DNA from: Verrucomicrobiota bacterium
GTDB lineage: Bacteria; Verrucomicrobiota; Lentisphaeria; Lentisphaerales; Lentisphaeraceae
DNA length: 64,000 bases
Assembly: GCA_039798785.1 (NCBI GenBank)
Contig: JBDKFG010000029.1
Coordinates: 1 to 64,000, forward strand
Direction: 5' to 3'
A program made the translations under genes and the position numbers. Positions 55,460-64,000 of this stretch are shown piece by piece (within the stretch, counting starts at the first letter, position 1; each line of letters begins with the position of its first letter). The notes under the pieces are model-generated. The model had not been told where the DNA came from, ran no database searches, and saw only the letters and a program-made list of their open reading frames with translations.

Positions 55460-57670
55460 TCAACTCTCGTAGAGCGCCCGCAGTTCCTGGTCGGCGCGGC
55501 GGAGGCGGAGAGAGATGGTGCGGGCGAGGCGGGCGAAGACCCGGACGCCGACGGCGGGGTGAAGGCGGGAGACTTCGTCGAAGCGGGCGCGCGAGATCAC
55601 CCAGAGGCTGCAGGGGAGTGCGGCGACGGCGTCGGCTGAGCGCGCGGCGCCGCGATCGAGAAAGGCCATTTCGCCGAAGAAGGAGCCGCGTCCGAAGGAG
55701 GCGAGGTTGTGATGGCCCTTCTCCAGCGGCAGGACGATGCGGACGACGCCGCTGCGGACGATGTAGAGTTCGTCCCCCTGATTGCCGGCGGCGAAGATAT
55801 TTTCGCCGCCGGCGAACTCCCGCTCCTGGGCGCAGGCGGCGAGGGCGGCGAGGTGCTCGGGGTCGAGTTCGCGGAAGAGCTCTGCCTCGGCGAGGTCGAG
55901 CGGCGGCTCGCGGCCGGTGAGGAAGCAGGCTTCGCTCTCCAGGATGCGGTCTTCGACCCACCGCATCGAGTCGTCGAGGCTGTCGAAGCGGAGGACATGG
56001 CGCGACGAGTCGAGGACGCCTATCTGGTCGAAATAGGCGCGAAGGTCGCGTCCGTTCGGCAGGCTTTCGGGCAGGCGGCTGAAGATCAGCCATCCGCTCC
56101 TCTCCTTCAACTGGCCTTCGAGCTGCTCCATCAGGTGGGCGGCGGTGTAGTCGACCGACTGGACGCGGCGGAGGTCGAGGATCAGGTAGCGGCATTCGCG
56201 CAGGTCGTCGGCGACTTCGCTGCGGAGCTGGTCGGTGGTGCCGAAGAAGAGGCTGCCCTGAAGTTCGAGGATGCGCACCTGGTTGCCGTGAGCTTCGAGG
56301 ATGGCCTGCTCCGCCGGCAGGCGTTGCTGCTTCGAGGAGAACTGCCGTCCGGTGAGCTTGCGGCGGATGACCGAGCCGCGGATCTGCTCGCGGATGAAGA
56401 GGAGGATGGCGAGGGCGAGACCGGCGCCGGCGGCGGCGATGAGGTTCCAGCCCACCGCCACCGCGATCACTGCGGCGATGACGCAGAAGTCGAGGATTGT
56501 GCCGCGCTGGCGCAGGAGGAGGAAGCTCTTCCAGTCGATCATCCGGCAGGCGCCGACGACGAGGATGCCGGCGAGCGCCGCCAGGGGCAGCCAGGCGAGG
56601 AGGGAGGGGCAGAGGAGCAGGGCGGCGAGGACGAAGAAGCCTTCGCAGACTCCGGAGCGGCGGGTGTGGCCCCCGCTGTTGAGGTTGACCATCGTTGCTC
56701 CCATGGTGCCTGCTCCTGGCATGCCGCCGAGGATCGCTGAGCAGAGGTTGCCGGCACCCTGGCCGATGAGCTCGCGGTTGGAGTCGTGGCGGCTGCGGGT
56801 CAGGGCATCGACCACGACGCAGGTCTTGAGGGTGTCGATGGAGAGGAGCACCGAGAGCATCAGAGCGGGCATCACCAGGTCCTGCCAGTCGTGCAGGCTC
56901 AATCCCCGGAGCTGCTGCCAGAGTCCAGGGATGTCGGGCAGCAGGCAGCCGAGGCTGAGATCGATCTTGCCGATCACCAGAGGATTCATCCGGCGCAGCT
57001 CGGGAGCCCAGAAACTGAGGACGAAATAGGCGAGCATGCCCGCCGCCAGGCCGAGGATGGTCGCCGGCATCTTGCGGGTCAGGCGCGGGCCGAAGAGGAC
57101 GCCGAGTATCGTGACCAGGCTGACCAGGAGGGCCGGGCCCTGCCAGGAGCCGGGTTGGAGGAGGGCGGCGCCCAGCTTGAGATCCTTCGGTGCGCCGAGC
57201 AGCTTCGGCACCTGGCTGAGGATGATCAGGGCGCCGACACCGCTGAGGTAGCCGGAAACCACCGGGTAGGGGATGTATTTGATCAGGCGGCCGCCGCCGA
57301 GGAAGCCGTAGAGGAGCTGCAGCAGGGCGGAGAACAGGGCCACCAGGGTGAGGATGACGACGATCTTCTCCGGCGGCAAGGCGCCGGCGCCGCGATGGGC
57401 GCCGCTGAGACACTCGGCCACCAGGGCCGCTAGGACCGCCGCCGCCGGCGCGCAGGGAGCCGAAATCAAGCGCGGCGCGCCGCCGAGAAAGGGCGCCACC
57501 AGGCCGATGCACAATGCGCCGAGAATCCCCGCCCGCACCCCCGCGGCGATGTATTCGCTGCCCATCAGGGCATAGACCGCGACCCCATAGGCGATCGAGG
57601 CGGGCAGGGCCACCAGCATCGCGGCGAAGCCGCCCCAGACGTCGTCCACCCATGTTTTTTCTTCTCGCAT
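55460..57670 (-). CDS. SulP/SLC26 anion transporter with STAS and cyclic-nucleotide-binding domains
   Basis: LVALP.SIAYG; KYIPYPVVSG; NRELIGQG.GN; LQGSLFFGT..L (STAS); G.ELY.V.SG.V...FFGEMAFL....RSADAVA (cNMP). Confidence 0.93.
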   Translation of the reverse strand: MREEKTWVDDVWGGFAAMLVALPASIAYGVAVYALMGSEYIAAGVRAGILGALCIGLVAPFLGGAPRLISAPCAPAAAVLAALVAECLSGAHRGAGALPPEKIVVILTLVALFSALLQLLYGFLGGGRLIKYIPYPVVSGYLSGVGALIILSQVPKLLGAPKDLKLGAALLQPGSWQGPALLVSLVTILGVLFGPRLTRKMPATILGLAAGMLAYFVLSFWAPELRRMNPLVIGKIDLSLGCLLPDIPGLWQQLRGLSLHDWQDLVMPALMLSVLLSIDTLKTCVVVDALTRSRHDSNRELIGQGAGNLCSAILGGMPGAGTMGATMVNLNSGGHTRRSGVCEGFFVLAALLLCPSLLAWLPLAALAGILVVGACRMIDWKSFLLLRQRGTILDFCVIAAVIAVAVGWNLIAAAGAGLALAILLFIREQIRGSVIRRKLTGRQFSSKQQRLPAEQAILEAHGNQVRILELQGSLFFGTTDQLRSEVADDLRECRYLILDLRRVQSVDYTAAHLMEQLEGQLKERSGWLIFSRLPESLPNGRDLRAYFDQIGVLDSSRHVLRFDSLDDSMRWVEDRILESEACFLTGREPPLDLAEAELFRELDPEHLAALAACAQEREFAGGENIFAAGNQGDELYIVRSGVVRIVLPLEKGHHNLASFGRGSFFGEMAFLDRGAARSADAVAALPCSLWVISRARFDEVSRLHPAVGVRVFARLARTISLRLRRADQELRALYES

Positions 57671-57763
57671 CGCTTCCTCCTGTACCGGATTATACTCCGA
57701 GGCGCTGCGCGACGACAAGTCCGCAAGCTAGATTGCTTCAGCAAAACACTGGGGACAGCACCG

Positions 57764-58399
57764 ATGGAAAGCCAATTGATTCTCGGCACCGGCACCGGTG
57801 TCGGCAAGACCTGGGCCAGCGCCTGGCTCTGCCGCCGCGGCCTCGGGCAGGGGCGGCGCACCGCCTACCTGAAGCCGGTGCAGACCGGTTGCGGCGATCT
57901 TCCCGGCGATGCCGAATGGGTCCGGGCCCGTTGCGGCGCGTCCCTCCTGCCGGGCTGTCTCGAGCTGGCTTCTCCCTATCGCTTTCCACTGGCCGCCTCG
58001 CCGCATCTCGCCGCGCGCGAGGCCGGTGTCGAAGCTCCGGGAATTGCGGAAGTCGCAAGTGCGATCGCGGCGCTGGTCGAGGTGGCCGCGCCGGAGCTGC
58101 TGATCGTCGAAAGCGCCGGTGGCGTCGCCTCGCCGCTGCGCCTCGGCTGCACCATGGGGGATCTCGCCGCCGCCTTGCGGCTGCCGGTGGTCCTGGTGGC
58201 CAGCCCGGGACTCGGCACTCTCTCTGCCACCGCGACGGCTTTGGAATATCTGAAGAACCGGGGCGTCATCCCAGCCGGCCTGATCGTCTCGGGATGCTCG
58301 CCGCAGCCTGATCTGGTCGAGGCCGACAACCTGCGGCTTCTCGAAGAGATGGCCGCCCCGGGTTTCTTCGAGAAGCTGATGCGCGAGGATTGCCCCTAA
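57764..58399 (+). CDS. bioD: Dethiobiotin synthase
   Basis: GTGTGVGKT; LKPVQTG; ASPHLAA; VESAGG; LPVVLVA..GLGTL; DN. Confidence 0.93.
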   Translation: MESQLILGTGTGVGKTWASAWLCRRGLGQGRRTAYLKPVQTGCGDLPGDAEWVRARCGASLLPGCLELASPYRFPLAASPHLAAREAGVEAPGIAEVASAIAALVEVAAPELLIVESAGGVASPLRLGCTMGDLAAALRLPVVLVASPGLGTLSATATALEYLKNRGVIPAGLIVSGCSPQPDLVEADNLRLLEEMAAPGFFEKLMREDCP

Positions 58400-58714
58400 A
58401 AACCGCAGTTGACAAGGTTGAAAGGTTCAAAGGTTGAAAGGATCAGGCACAGCAGCAAGGGGTTATGGTGTTCGATGGTACTCGGCAACTCCTCCGGCTG
58501 GCAGGCATGCAGGTCGAACTAGAATCGTCATTTGTCGCTGTTTTTCATGTATTTGCCTTTCAGCCTTCCAAGCCCGGTTCCATTCCGCTGCTGCGGAATT
58601 TAGGTTGACTGAGGACTTGCTGTCCACGGGCCACTCGGCGGCTTCCCCTTCGTCGAGTCCCTCTTTCGAGGCGCATCTCGTCACGAATCCGTCCTAGACG
58701 GCGGTAAAACTCCG

Positions 58715-59314
58715 TCAGTCCCCGCCGAGGCCGCCAAAAAACTCTGCGGCATCGAGTTCCTTGACCTGGCCCGGGAGCAGATGGCCGAGGCGATGGCCGC
58801 CGATGTTGAGGCGGATCAGTCGCAGGCAGCGATGGCCGGCGGCTTGCACCATCTTCCGGACCTGGCGGAATTTCCCCTCGCTCAGGGTGATCAGCAGCCA
58901 GGTGTGGGGATAGGCCTCGCGGGGATCCCCGGCATGAGCATAGATCGGCTTCGGATCGGTGATGATTTCCGCCGCCTCCGGAACGGCGAGATAGCTTTCG
59001 CCGCTCTCGATCCGGATCGGCACCCCATTTTTCAGCCGTTGCAGGGTGTCCGGCTTCATGGCGTATTCGACCAGGACGAGATAGGCTCGGGCATGGGGTT
59101 CTGGGGCGAGGAAGATCTTGCGGGTGACGCTTTTGTCGGTGGTGAGGATGAGCAGGCCCTCGGAATCGCGGTCGAGGCGACCGATCGCGTGGGTCCCCTC
59201 GGGGAAGTCGAACTCGATGTCGCCGAGCAGCCCCACCGCATGGCTGCTGAGGAATTGCGACACCAAGCCGCGCGGCTTGTTGATCAGGAAATAGCGAAGC
59301 TCGGCGAGGCTCAC
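58715..59314 (-). CDS. RsuA/RluE-family pseudouridine synthase
   Basis: NKPRG.VSQF; GRLDRDSEGLLILT.D; Y.V.V; WL.ITL.EGK.RQVRKM...G...LRLIR. GTG start overlaps the upstream stop. Confidence 0.92.
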   Translation of the reverse strand: MSLAELRYFLINKPRGLVSQFLSSHAVGLLGDIEFDFPEGTHAIGRLDRDSEGLLILTTDKSVTRKIFLAPEPHARAYLVLVEYAMKPDTLQRLKNGVPIRIESGESYLAVPEAAEIITDPKPIYAHAGDPREAYPHTWLLITLSEGKFRQVRKMVQAAGHRCLRLIRLNIGGHRLGHLLPGQVKELDAAEFFGGLGGD

Positions 59315-59886
59315 TTCATCCCGGCGATCTTGAGGAAGTTGTCGAGCATGGCGTGGCCGTGTTCGGTGAGGATGGCTTCGGGATGGAACTGGACGCCATG
59401 GACCGGCAGGCTGCGGTGGCGGATTCCCTGGGCCACCTGGTCGTCGGCGCTGCGGGCGGTGACTTCCAGGCAATCTGGGATCGAAACGCCGCAGAGGGAG
59501 TGGTAGCGGCAAGCCTTGAAGGGAGAAGGAAGGCCGGCGAAAAGGCTCTGGCCCTGGTGGACGATGTCGCTCACCTTGCCGTGCATCGGATAGGGAGCGC
59601 GGTCGACGATGCCGCCAAATTCGGCGATGGTCGCCTGCATGCCGAGGCAGACGCCAAGGACGGGCACGCCGCTCTCGGCGAAGGCGCGGATGGCGGCGCA
59701 GGAAACCCCGGCCTCCTTAGGCGAGCAGGGGCCGGGGGAGATCACCACAGCCCTCGGCTGAAGCTCGATCAAGGCCGAGACCCCCAAGGCGTCATTTCGG
59801 ATCACCTCGGGCCGGTGGCCGAGCTCGCCGAAATACTGCACCAGATTATAAGTGAAGGAGTCGTAGTTGTCGATCATCAGCAGCAT
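59311..59886 (-). CDS. Aminodeoxychorismate/anthranilate synthase glutamine amidotransferase subunit (PabA/TrpG)
   Basis: MIDNYDSFTYNLVQY; SPGPC.P; GVCLG.Q; MHGK.S; RYHSL; GVQFHPE. Confidence 0.95.
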   Translation of the reverse strand: MLLMIDNYDSFTYNLVQYFGELGHRPEVIRNDALGVSALIELQPRAVVISPGPCSPKEAGVSCAAIRAFAESGVPVLGVCLGMQATIAEFGGIVDRAPYPMHGKVSDIVHQGQSLFAGLPSPFKACRYHSLCGVSIPDCLEVTARSADDQVAQGIRHRSLPVHGVQFHPEAILTEHGHAMLDNFLKIAGMK

Positions 59887-60013
59887 CGGCGGTCTTCCTC
59901 GGGTTTTGTCTGACCGCAACTTAGCGCCGAAGAGCCGTTTCACCACGAAGAAGGGCGGAAGCTCGGAAGCAAACGCGAGAGCCGCTTTCGAAGCAGCCCT
60001 TCGCAGGATGCAG

Positions 60014-60916
60014 TCAGTAGACTGGCAACAGATAGTGTCCGGTGAAGGTGGCTCCGTCCTGCTTCATCGAGATCTTCAACAGATAATAATGGGAGCCCAG
60101 CTTGGGATCCTGGTAGGAGAGTGAAGTGGAAGGTGAGTCTTCAGGAATGACAAAGCTGGGGAGTTCGTGCTTGCTCCCGGGGGCGATTCCGGTCGTGGGC
60201 AAGTCCTGGGAAGTTAGGATCTCATAATCGGTGATCAAGGCGCCGTTGCCGAGATCGGCGAGGAATTCATGGATCAAATCGACCGAGATTTTGAGTTCTT
60301 CGGGTTTGCGCTGCAGTTCATGGAGCCAGTGCAGATGGATCGCTTCGCCTTTACGAAGAGGGAATTGATTCCAGGCTATCCGCGACTTGCCCCCTCTGGC
60401 ATCATGCAGGAAAGTCTTGATCAGGGTGGATAGGCAAAGGAGCAGAAGCAGGTCCATCACCACGGCTATGGCTCCGTAGACGAAACTCTTCTGGGTCCAG
60501 GCCATGTAGTTCATCGGCACTCCGGGGATGAGCAAGGCGGCTGCCAACAGGATGGTGACAAAGTTGTCGGACTTGGAGCTGTAGGTGAATCCTTGGCTGT
60601 CCCATTCGTAATCCCAGAGCCACTTGTCCCCAGGATGAAGCTGTTTCTGCTCATTCAATCGACGGCTGAGTTTCGCCCTCTGGTGTTGATGCCACTGGGT
60701 CGTCACTGCGACGAACATCGCCAGCACTCCAAAGGAACTCATCAAATAATTGGGTTCGCCGCTGGCGAAAATCAAATTGGCGAAATACAACGCGGCCAGA
60801 GTTCCGACGGCAAAGGTGATGACCAGGCCGATGCTGATCCGGGATTTGCCGCTGTCGCTTTCGATGCCGCGGATTTGATGGTACTCTCTTTCCTGGATTT
60901 GACTTTCCGAGCTCAT
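60014..60916 (-). CDS. Hypothetical membrane protein (four TM segments, lower GC)
   Basis: 300-aa ORF with AGGAG RBS; two pairs of hydrophobic helices; HP...W.W...W motif. Confidence 0.7.
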   Translation of the reverse strand: MSSESQIQEREYHQIRGIESDSGKSRISIGLVITFAVGTLAALYFANLIFASGEPNYLMSSFGVLAMFVAVTTQWHQHQRAKLSRRLNEQKQLHPGDKWLWDYEWDSQGFTYSSKSDNFVTILLAAALLIPGVPMNYMAWTQKSFVYGAIAVVMDLLLLLCLSTLIKTFLHDARGGKSRIAWNQFPLRKGEAIHLHWLHELQRKPEELKISVDLIHEFLADLGNGALITDYEILTSQDLPTTGIAPGSKHELPSFVIPEDSPSTSLSYQDPKLGSHYYLLKISMKQDGATFTGHYLLPVY

Positions 60917-61333
60917 GATTCACTCACTCCTTTAATAATCGCGCGAGATAATCCTGGCGCTTGAAGCAGGTTAAGCCTGAACGGGGTGGCATCGCAAGTC
61001 TACCACGAAAAAAACCGGCCTGTATGACTCTGAAATCAGGTTTGGCGCCTGCAGCAGCGCCACCTGCTTCTCCATTGTGGCAAGGATCTCGTCGAGCTGG
61101 GTCGATTTCTCGAGCCGATCATCTTGAGCAGATGATGTCCGTGTAGGATCGGCGGGGAGCCGTTCGTCATTCCTGACAAGTCGCCGTCACCGGCGATGGC
61201 AAATTCCGGGGAAAATCCGGTCGCCAGCGCCGAGGCGGAAAGTCATAAGAGCTCTAACTTAGCAGGCGCTTGACGGCTGCGGCTGTCGCCGAATTTTCCA
61301 AAAGACAAGAAACCCGAGACAGGAGAAGAAATC

Positions 61334-61696
61334 ATGAAGTACTTCACCAAAGACCACGAATGGGTCGAACTCAACGGCAGCGTCGCCACCGTCGGCATCT
61401 CGGTCCACGCCGCCGCCGAACTCGGCGACATCACCTTCGTCGAAGTCCCCGCCGTCGGTAAAGTCGTCGCCAAGTCCGGCGTCGTCTCCGTCGTCGAATC
61501 GGTGAAAGCCGCTTCCGACATCTACTGCCCGGTCTCCGGCACCGTCTGCGAAGCCAACACTGAGCTCGACACCAAGCCCGAACTGATCAACGAAGACGCC
61601 GAAGGCGCCGGCTGGATCTGCAAGCTCTCCGGCGTCAACGCCGCCGACCTCGCCGGCCTGATGGACGCCGCCGCCTACAAGGCCTTCCTCGGCTGA
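61334..61696 (+). CDS. gcvH: Glycine cleavage system H protein (lipoyl carrier)
   Basis: FTKDHEWV; VGIS.HA...LGDI.FVE; VESVKAASDIY.PVSG; N...PELIN...GW. Confidence 0.95.
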   Translation: MKYFTKDHEWVELNGSVATVGISVHAAAELGDITFVEVPAVGKVVAKSGVVSVVESVKAASDIYCPVSGTVCEANTELDTKPELINEDAEGAGWICKLSGVNAADLAGLMDAAAYKAFLG

Positions 61697-61698
61697 TA

Positions 61699-63003
61699 AT
61701 GGCTCAGCCCATTCCCGACGCGGCGGCACTGGCGGAATTCGCCGGCCGCCGCGCCGCCTTGTCAGAGGCGGCAGGCGAGGCCATCCTCCTCGTCCCCTCG
61801 GCCTATGTCCACCTGCGCAACGCCGACACCTCTTTCCCCTTCTTCCAGGAATCGGACTTCCGCTACCTCTGCGGCTTCCCCGAACCCGATTCGCTCCTGG
61901 TCATCGACCCCCTCAGCCGCAAGTCCACCCTCTTCGTCCCGCCCAAGGATCCCGAACGGGAACTCTGGGACGGCTTCCGCTTCGGCGCCGCCGGAGCCCA
62001 GGAATTCTTCGGGGTCGACGCGGCCTTCGACAGCGAGGATCTCGGCAAGGAGCTGCCGCGCCTCCTTCAGGGACGCAGCGTCATGTACAGCCCGCCCGCG
62101 ACCGAACACCCCCTCAAAGCCGCCATCGACAGCGCCGTCGCCGCTTCGTCCAAGGGCCTCGTTCCAGATCTCCGCCCCGCCACCCTCGCCCGCCTCCGCC
62201 GCTTCAAGTCGCCGCGCGAACTCGGCTTGATGCGCCGCGCCGCCGCCATCTCTTCCGCCGCCCACGTCGCCGCTATGCGCGCCGGACGCAAAGCCACTCA
62301 CGAATATCAGATCGAAGCCGCCTACCGCTTCTCCTGCCTGCAGGCCGGCGCCCGCCATCAAGCCTATGAAGCCATCGTCGCGACCGGCGCCAACGCCTGC
62401 TGCCTCCACTATCAGGACAACAACGCCGCCATCGCCCCCGGCGATCTGATCCTCATCGACGCCGGCTGCGAAGTCGAGGGCTACGCTTCCGACATCACCC
62501 GCACCTGGCCGGTCTCCGGCCGCTTCACCGGCCCCGCCCGCGATCTCTACGCCCTCTGCCTGCAAGTGCAGAAAGACGCCATCGCCCGCCTCCGTCCCGG
62601 CATCGGCATGCGTGCGGCGCATCTCGCCACCAGCCGCGACCTCGCCGAAGGCCTGCGCCAGCTCGGCCTCCTCAGCGGCAGCCTCGACGAGATCATGGAA
62701 AAGAAGCAGCTCAGCCGCTTCTACCCGCACGGCACCAGCCACCACCTCGGCCTCGACGTGCACGACGTCTACCGCCTGCCGCGCGACCCCAAGATCGACG
62801 CTCCGCTTGAGGCCGGCATGGTGATCACCGTCGAACCGGGCCTCTACGTCCAGTCGCACGACCTCCTCGCCCCCGCCGCCTTCCGCGGCATCGGCATCCG
62901 CATCGAAGACGACGTCTTGATCTCCGCTGACGGCTCTGAAAATCTCACCGCCGCCTGCCCGAAAGAAATCGCCGAACTCGAATCCATCCTCCAGGAATCC
63001 TGA
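61699..63003 (+). CDS. pepP: Xaa-Pro aminopeptidase
   Basis: RNAD..F.Q.SDF.YL.GF.EP; LHY; LIDAG.E..GYASDITRT; HG.SH.LGLDVHD; TVEPGLY; GIRIEDD. Confidence 0.95.
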   Translation: MAQPIPDAAALAEFAGRRAALSEAAGEAILLVPSAYVHLRNADTSFPFFQESDFRYLCGFPEPDSLLVIDPLSRKSTLFVPPKDPERELWDGFRFGAAGAQEFFGVDAAFDSEDLGKELPRLLQGRSVMYSPPATEHPLKAAIDSAVAASSKGLVPDLRPATLARLRRFKSPRELGLMRRAAAISSAAHVAAMRAGRKATHEYQIEAAYRFSCLQAGARHQAYEAIVATGANACCLHYQDNNAAIAPGDLILIDAGCEVEGYASDITRTWPVSGRFTGPARDLYALCLQVQKDAIARLRPGIGMRAAHLATSRDLAEGLRQLGLLSGSLDEIMEKKQLSRFYPHGTSHHLGLDVHDVYRLPRDPKIDAPLEAGMVITVEPGLYVQSHDLLAPAAFRGIGIRIEDDVLISADGSENLTAACPKEIAELESILQES

Positions 63004-63005
63004 TC

Positions 63006-64000
63006 ATGAAACGACTGCTTTTATTTTTCCTGATCTCCTTCCTCCTCAGCGCCAGCGCCGAAGACGAATGCGTCAGCGCCCAGGAGAAGCGGGTCGACCT
63101 GTACATGAGCGACGACCCCCCGACCCTTGACACCATGGACCAGGTGACCTCGGTCGCCTGGTTCGTCCAGGGGCATGTCTTCGAGGGCCTGATGACCGTC
63201 GACAAGAACATGAAAATCTCCCCCGGCGTGGCGGAGAAATACGAGTGGCTGCCCGGCAACCTCGGCATCCGCTTCCACCTCCGCAAAAACGCCAAGTGGA
63301 GCGATGGCAAGCCGGTCACCGCGCACGACTTCGTCTTCGCCTGGCAGCAGGTGGTCGCTCCCGCCAAAGCCAACCAGTACGCATTCATCATGTACTACGT
63401 CAAGAACGGCGAGAAGATCAGCAAGGGCGACCTGCCCTTGAATGAGCTTGGCGCTAAGGCGATCGACGACTACACACTCGAAGTCCAGCTCGAAAAACCC
63501 TGCCCCTTCTTCCTCGACCTCACCGTCTTCGTCTCCTACATGCCCTGCCGCGAAGACTTCTTCAAATCCCGCAGCAAGCTCTCCGCCGACGGCAAGGCCT
63601 ACACCGAGATGCGCTACGCCGCCACCCCCGCCGACATGCTCTACAATGGCCCCTACAAGCTCAGCTCATGGGTCAAGCGCACCGGCCTCAAGATGGAGCG
63701 TAACGAGCACTACTGGCAGCCTGGGCTCGTCAAGATTCACAAGATCAACGTCAACTACATCTCGAAAGAGTTCCGCCCCAACTTCGCCCTCTTCCAGTCC
63801 GGCAAGATCGCCTTCACCTCGCTTAATGACGAAACCCTCAAGTCCGCCCTTGCCGCCAAGCTGCCGCTCAACACCTACAACGACGGCGGCTTCGCCTACC
63901 TCGAATTCAACCACCGCCCCAAGCGTTCCGACCGGCCGGATTGGCAGCCGATCTTTGCCAATCGCAACTTCCGCCTTGCCATCCAGCATGCGGTCAAGAC
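63006..64000 (+). CDS. Oligopeptide ABC transporter substrate-binding protein (OppA-like), 3'-truncated; absent from the ORF track
   Basis: Translated by hand from ATG 63006: MKRLLLFFLISFLLSASA...DPPTLD...VFEGL...PGVAEKY...FHLRKNAKWSDGKPVTAHDFVFAW...NGPYKL; no stop before the window end. Confidence 0.9.
   Translation, partial: MKRLLLFFLISFLLSASAEDECVSAQEKRVDLYMSDDPPTLDTMDQVTSVAWFVQGHVFEGLMTVDKNMKISPGVAEKYEWLPGNLGIRFHLRKNAKWSDGKPVTAHDFVFAWQQVVAPAKANQYAFIMYYVKNGEKISKGDLPLNELGAKAIDDYTLEVQLEKPCPFFLDLTVFVSYMPCREDFFKSRSKLSADGKAYTEMRYAATPADMLYNGPYKLSSWVKRTGLKMERNEHYWQPGLVKIHKINVNYISKEFRPNFALFQSGKIAFTSLNDETLKSALAAKLPLNTYNDGGFAYLEFNHRPKRSDRPDWQPIFANRNFRLAIQHAVK

Noticed and set aside
58434..58697. 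Short ORFs on either strand between bioD and the pseudouridine synthase
   Set aside because: No motif, no clear RBS and atypical composition; cannot be supported as genes.
60961..61180. Possible gene remnant on the minus strand
   Set aside because: A short open stretch without a convincing start or recognisable homology.
61140..61320. Possible glycine riboswitch upstream of gcvH
   Set aside because: Only a vague CGCCGA...CAGG resemblance; the GGAGA / CCGAAG / CTCTCAGG core is not clearly present. An Infernal search with the Rfam glycine model would decide.

Overview
High-GC bacterial chromosomal segment, most likely from a PVC-superphylum organism (Lentisphaerae/Verrucomicrobia/Planctomycetes-like). 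That placement is inferred from the DUF1549/DUF1553 + DUF1501 pair, an ECF sigma-Ser/Thr kinase pair, an HzsA-like protein and a secreted sulfatase. In order it holds: the 3' part of a giant VCBS/FG-GAP adhesin; a GT9 glycosyltransferase; a split, uncharacterised sugar/polyol catabolic cluster whose two halves share a 35-bp upstream motif; a PSD1/DUF1501 pair; exported ankyrin paralogs; glpQ-glpD-glpT; ECF sigma + zinc-finger kinase; a two-gene module mirroring hydrazine-synthase architecture (HzsA-like with carbohydrate-binding-type domains, plus a beta-propeller/di-heme peroxidase fusion) followed by IclR; two rRNA methyltransferases sharing disordered RPAFPRRD repeats; bolA-lptD-LysM-glucosaminidase; a sulfatase; tsaC; a DnaQ-like exonuclease; SulP; bioD; a pseudouridine synthase; pabA/trpG; gcvH, pepP and a truncated oppA. 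Several REP/MITE-like palindromes lie in intergenic gaps. No rRNA, tRNA, CRISPR array or transposase was recognised. All calls come from motif recognition by eye; no database searches were run.
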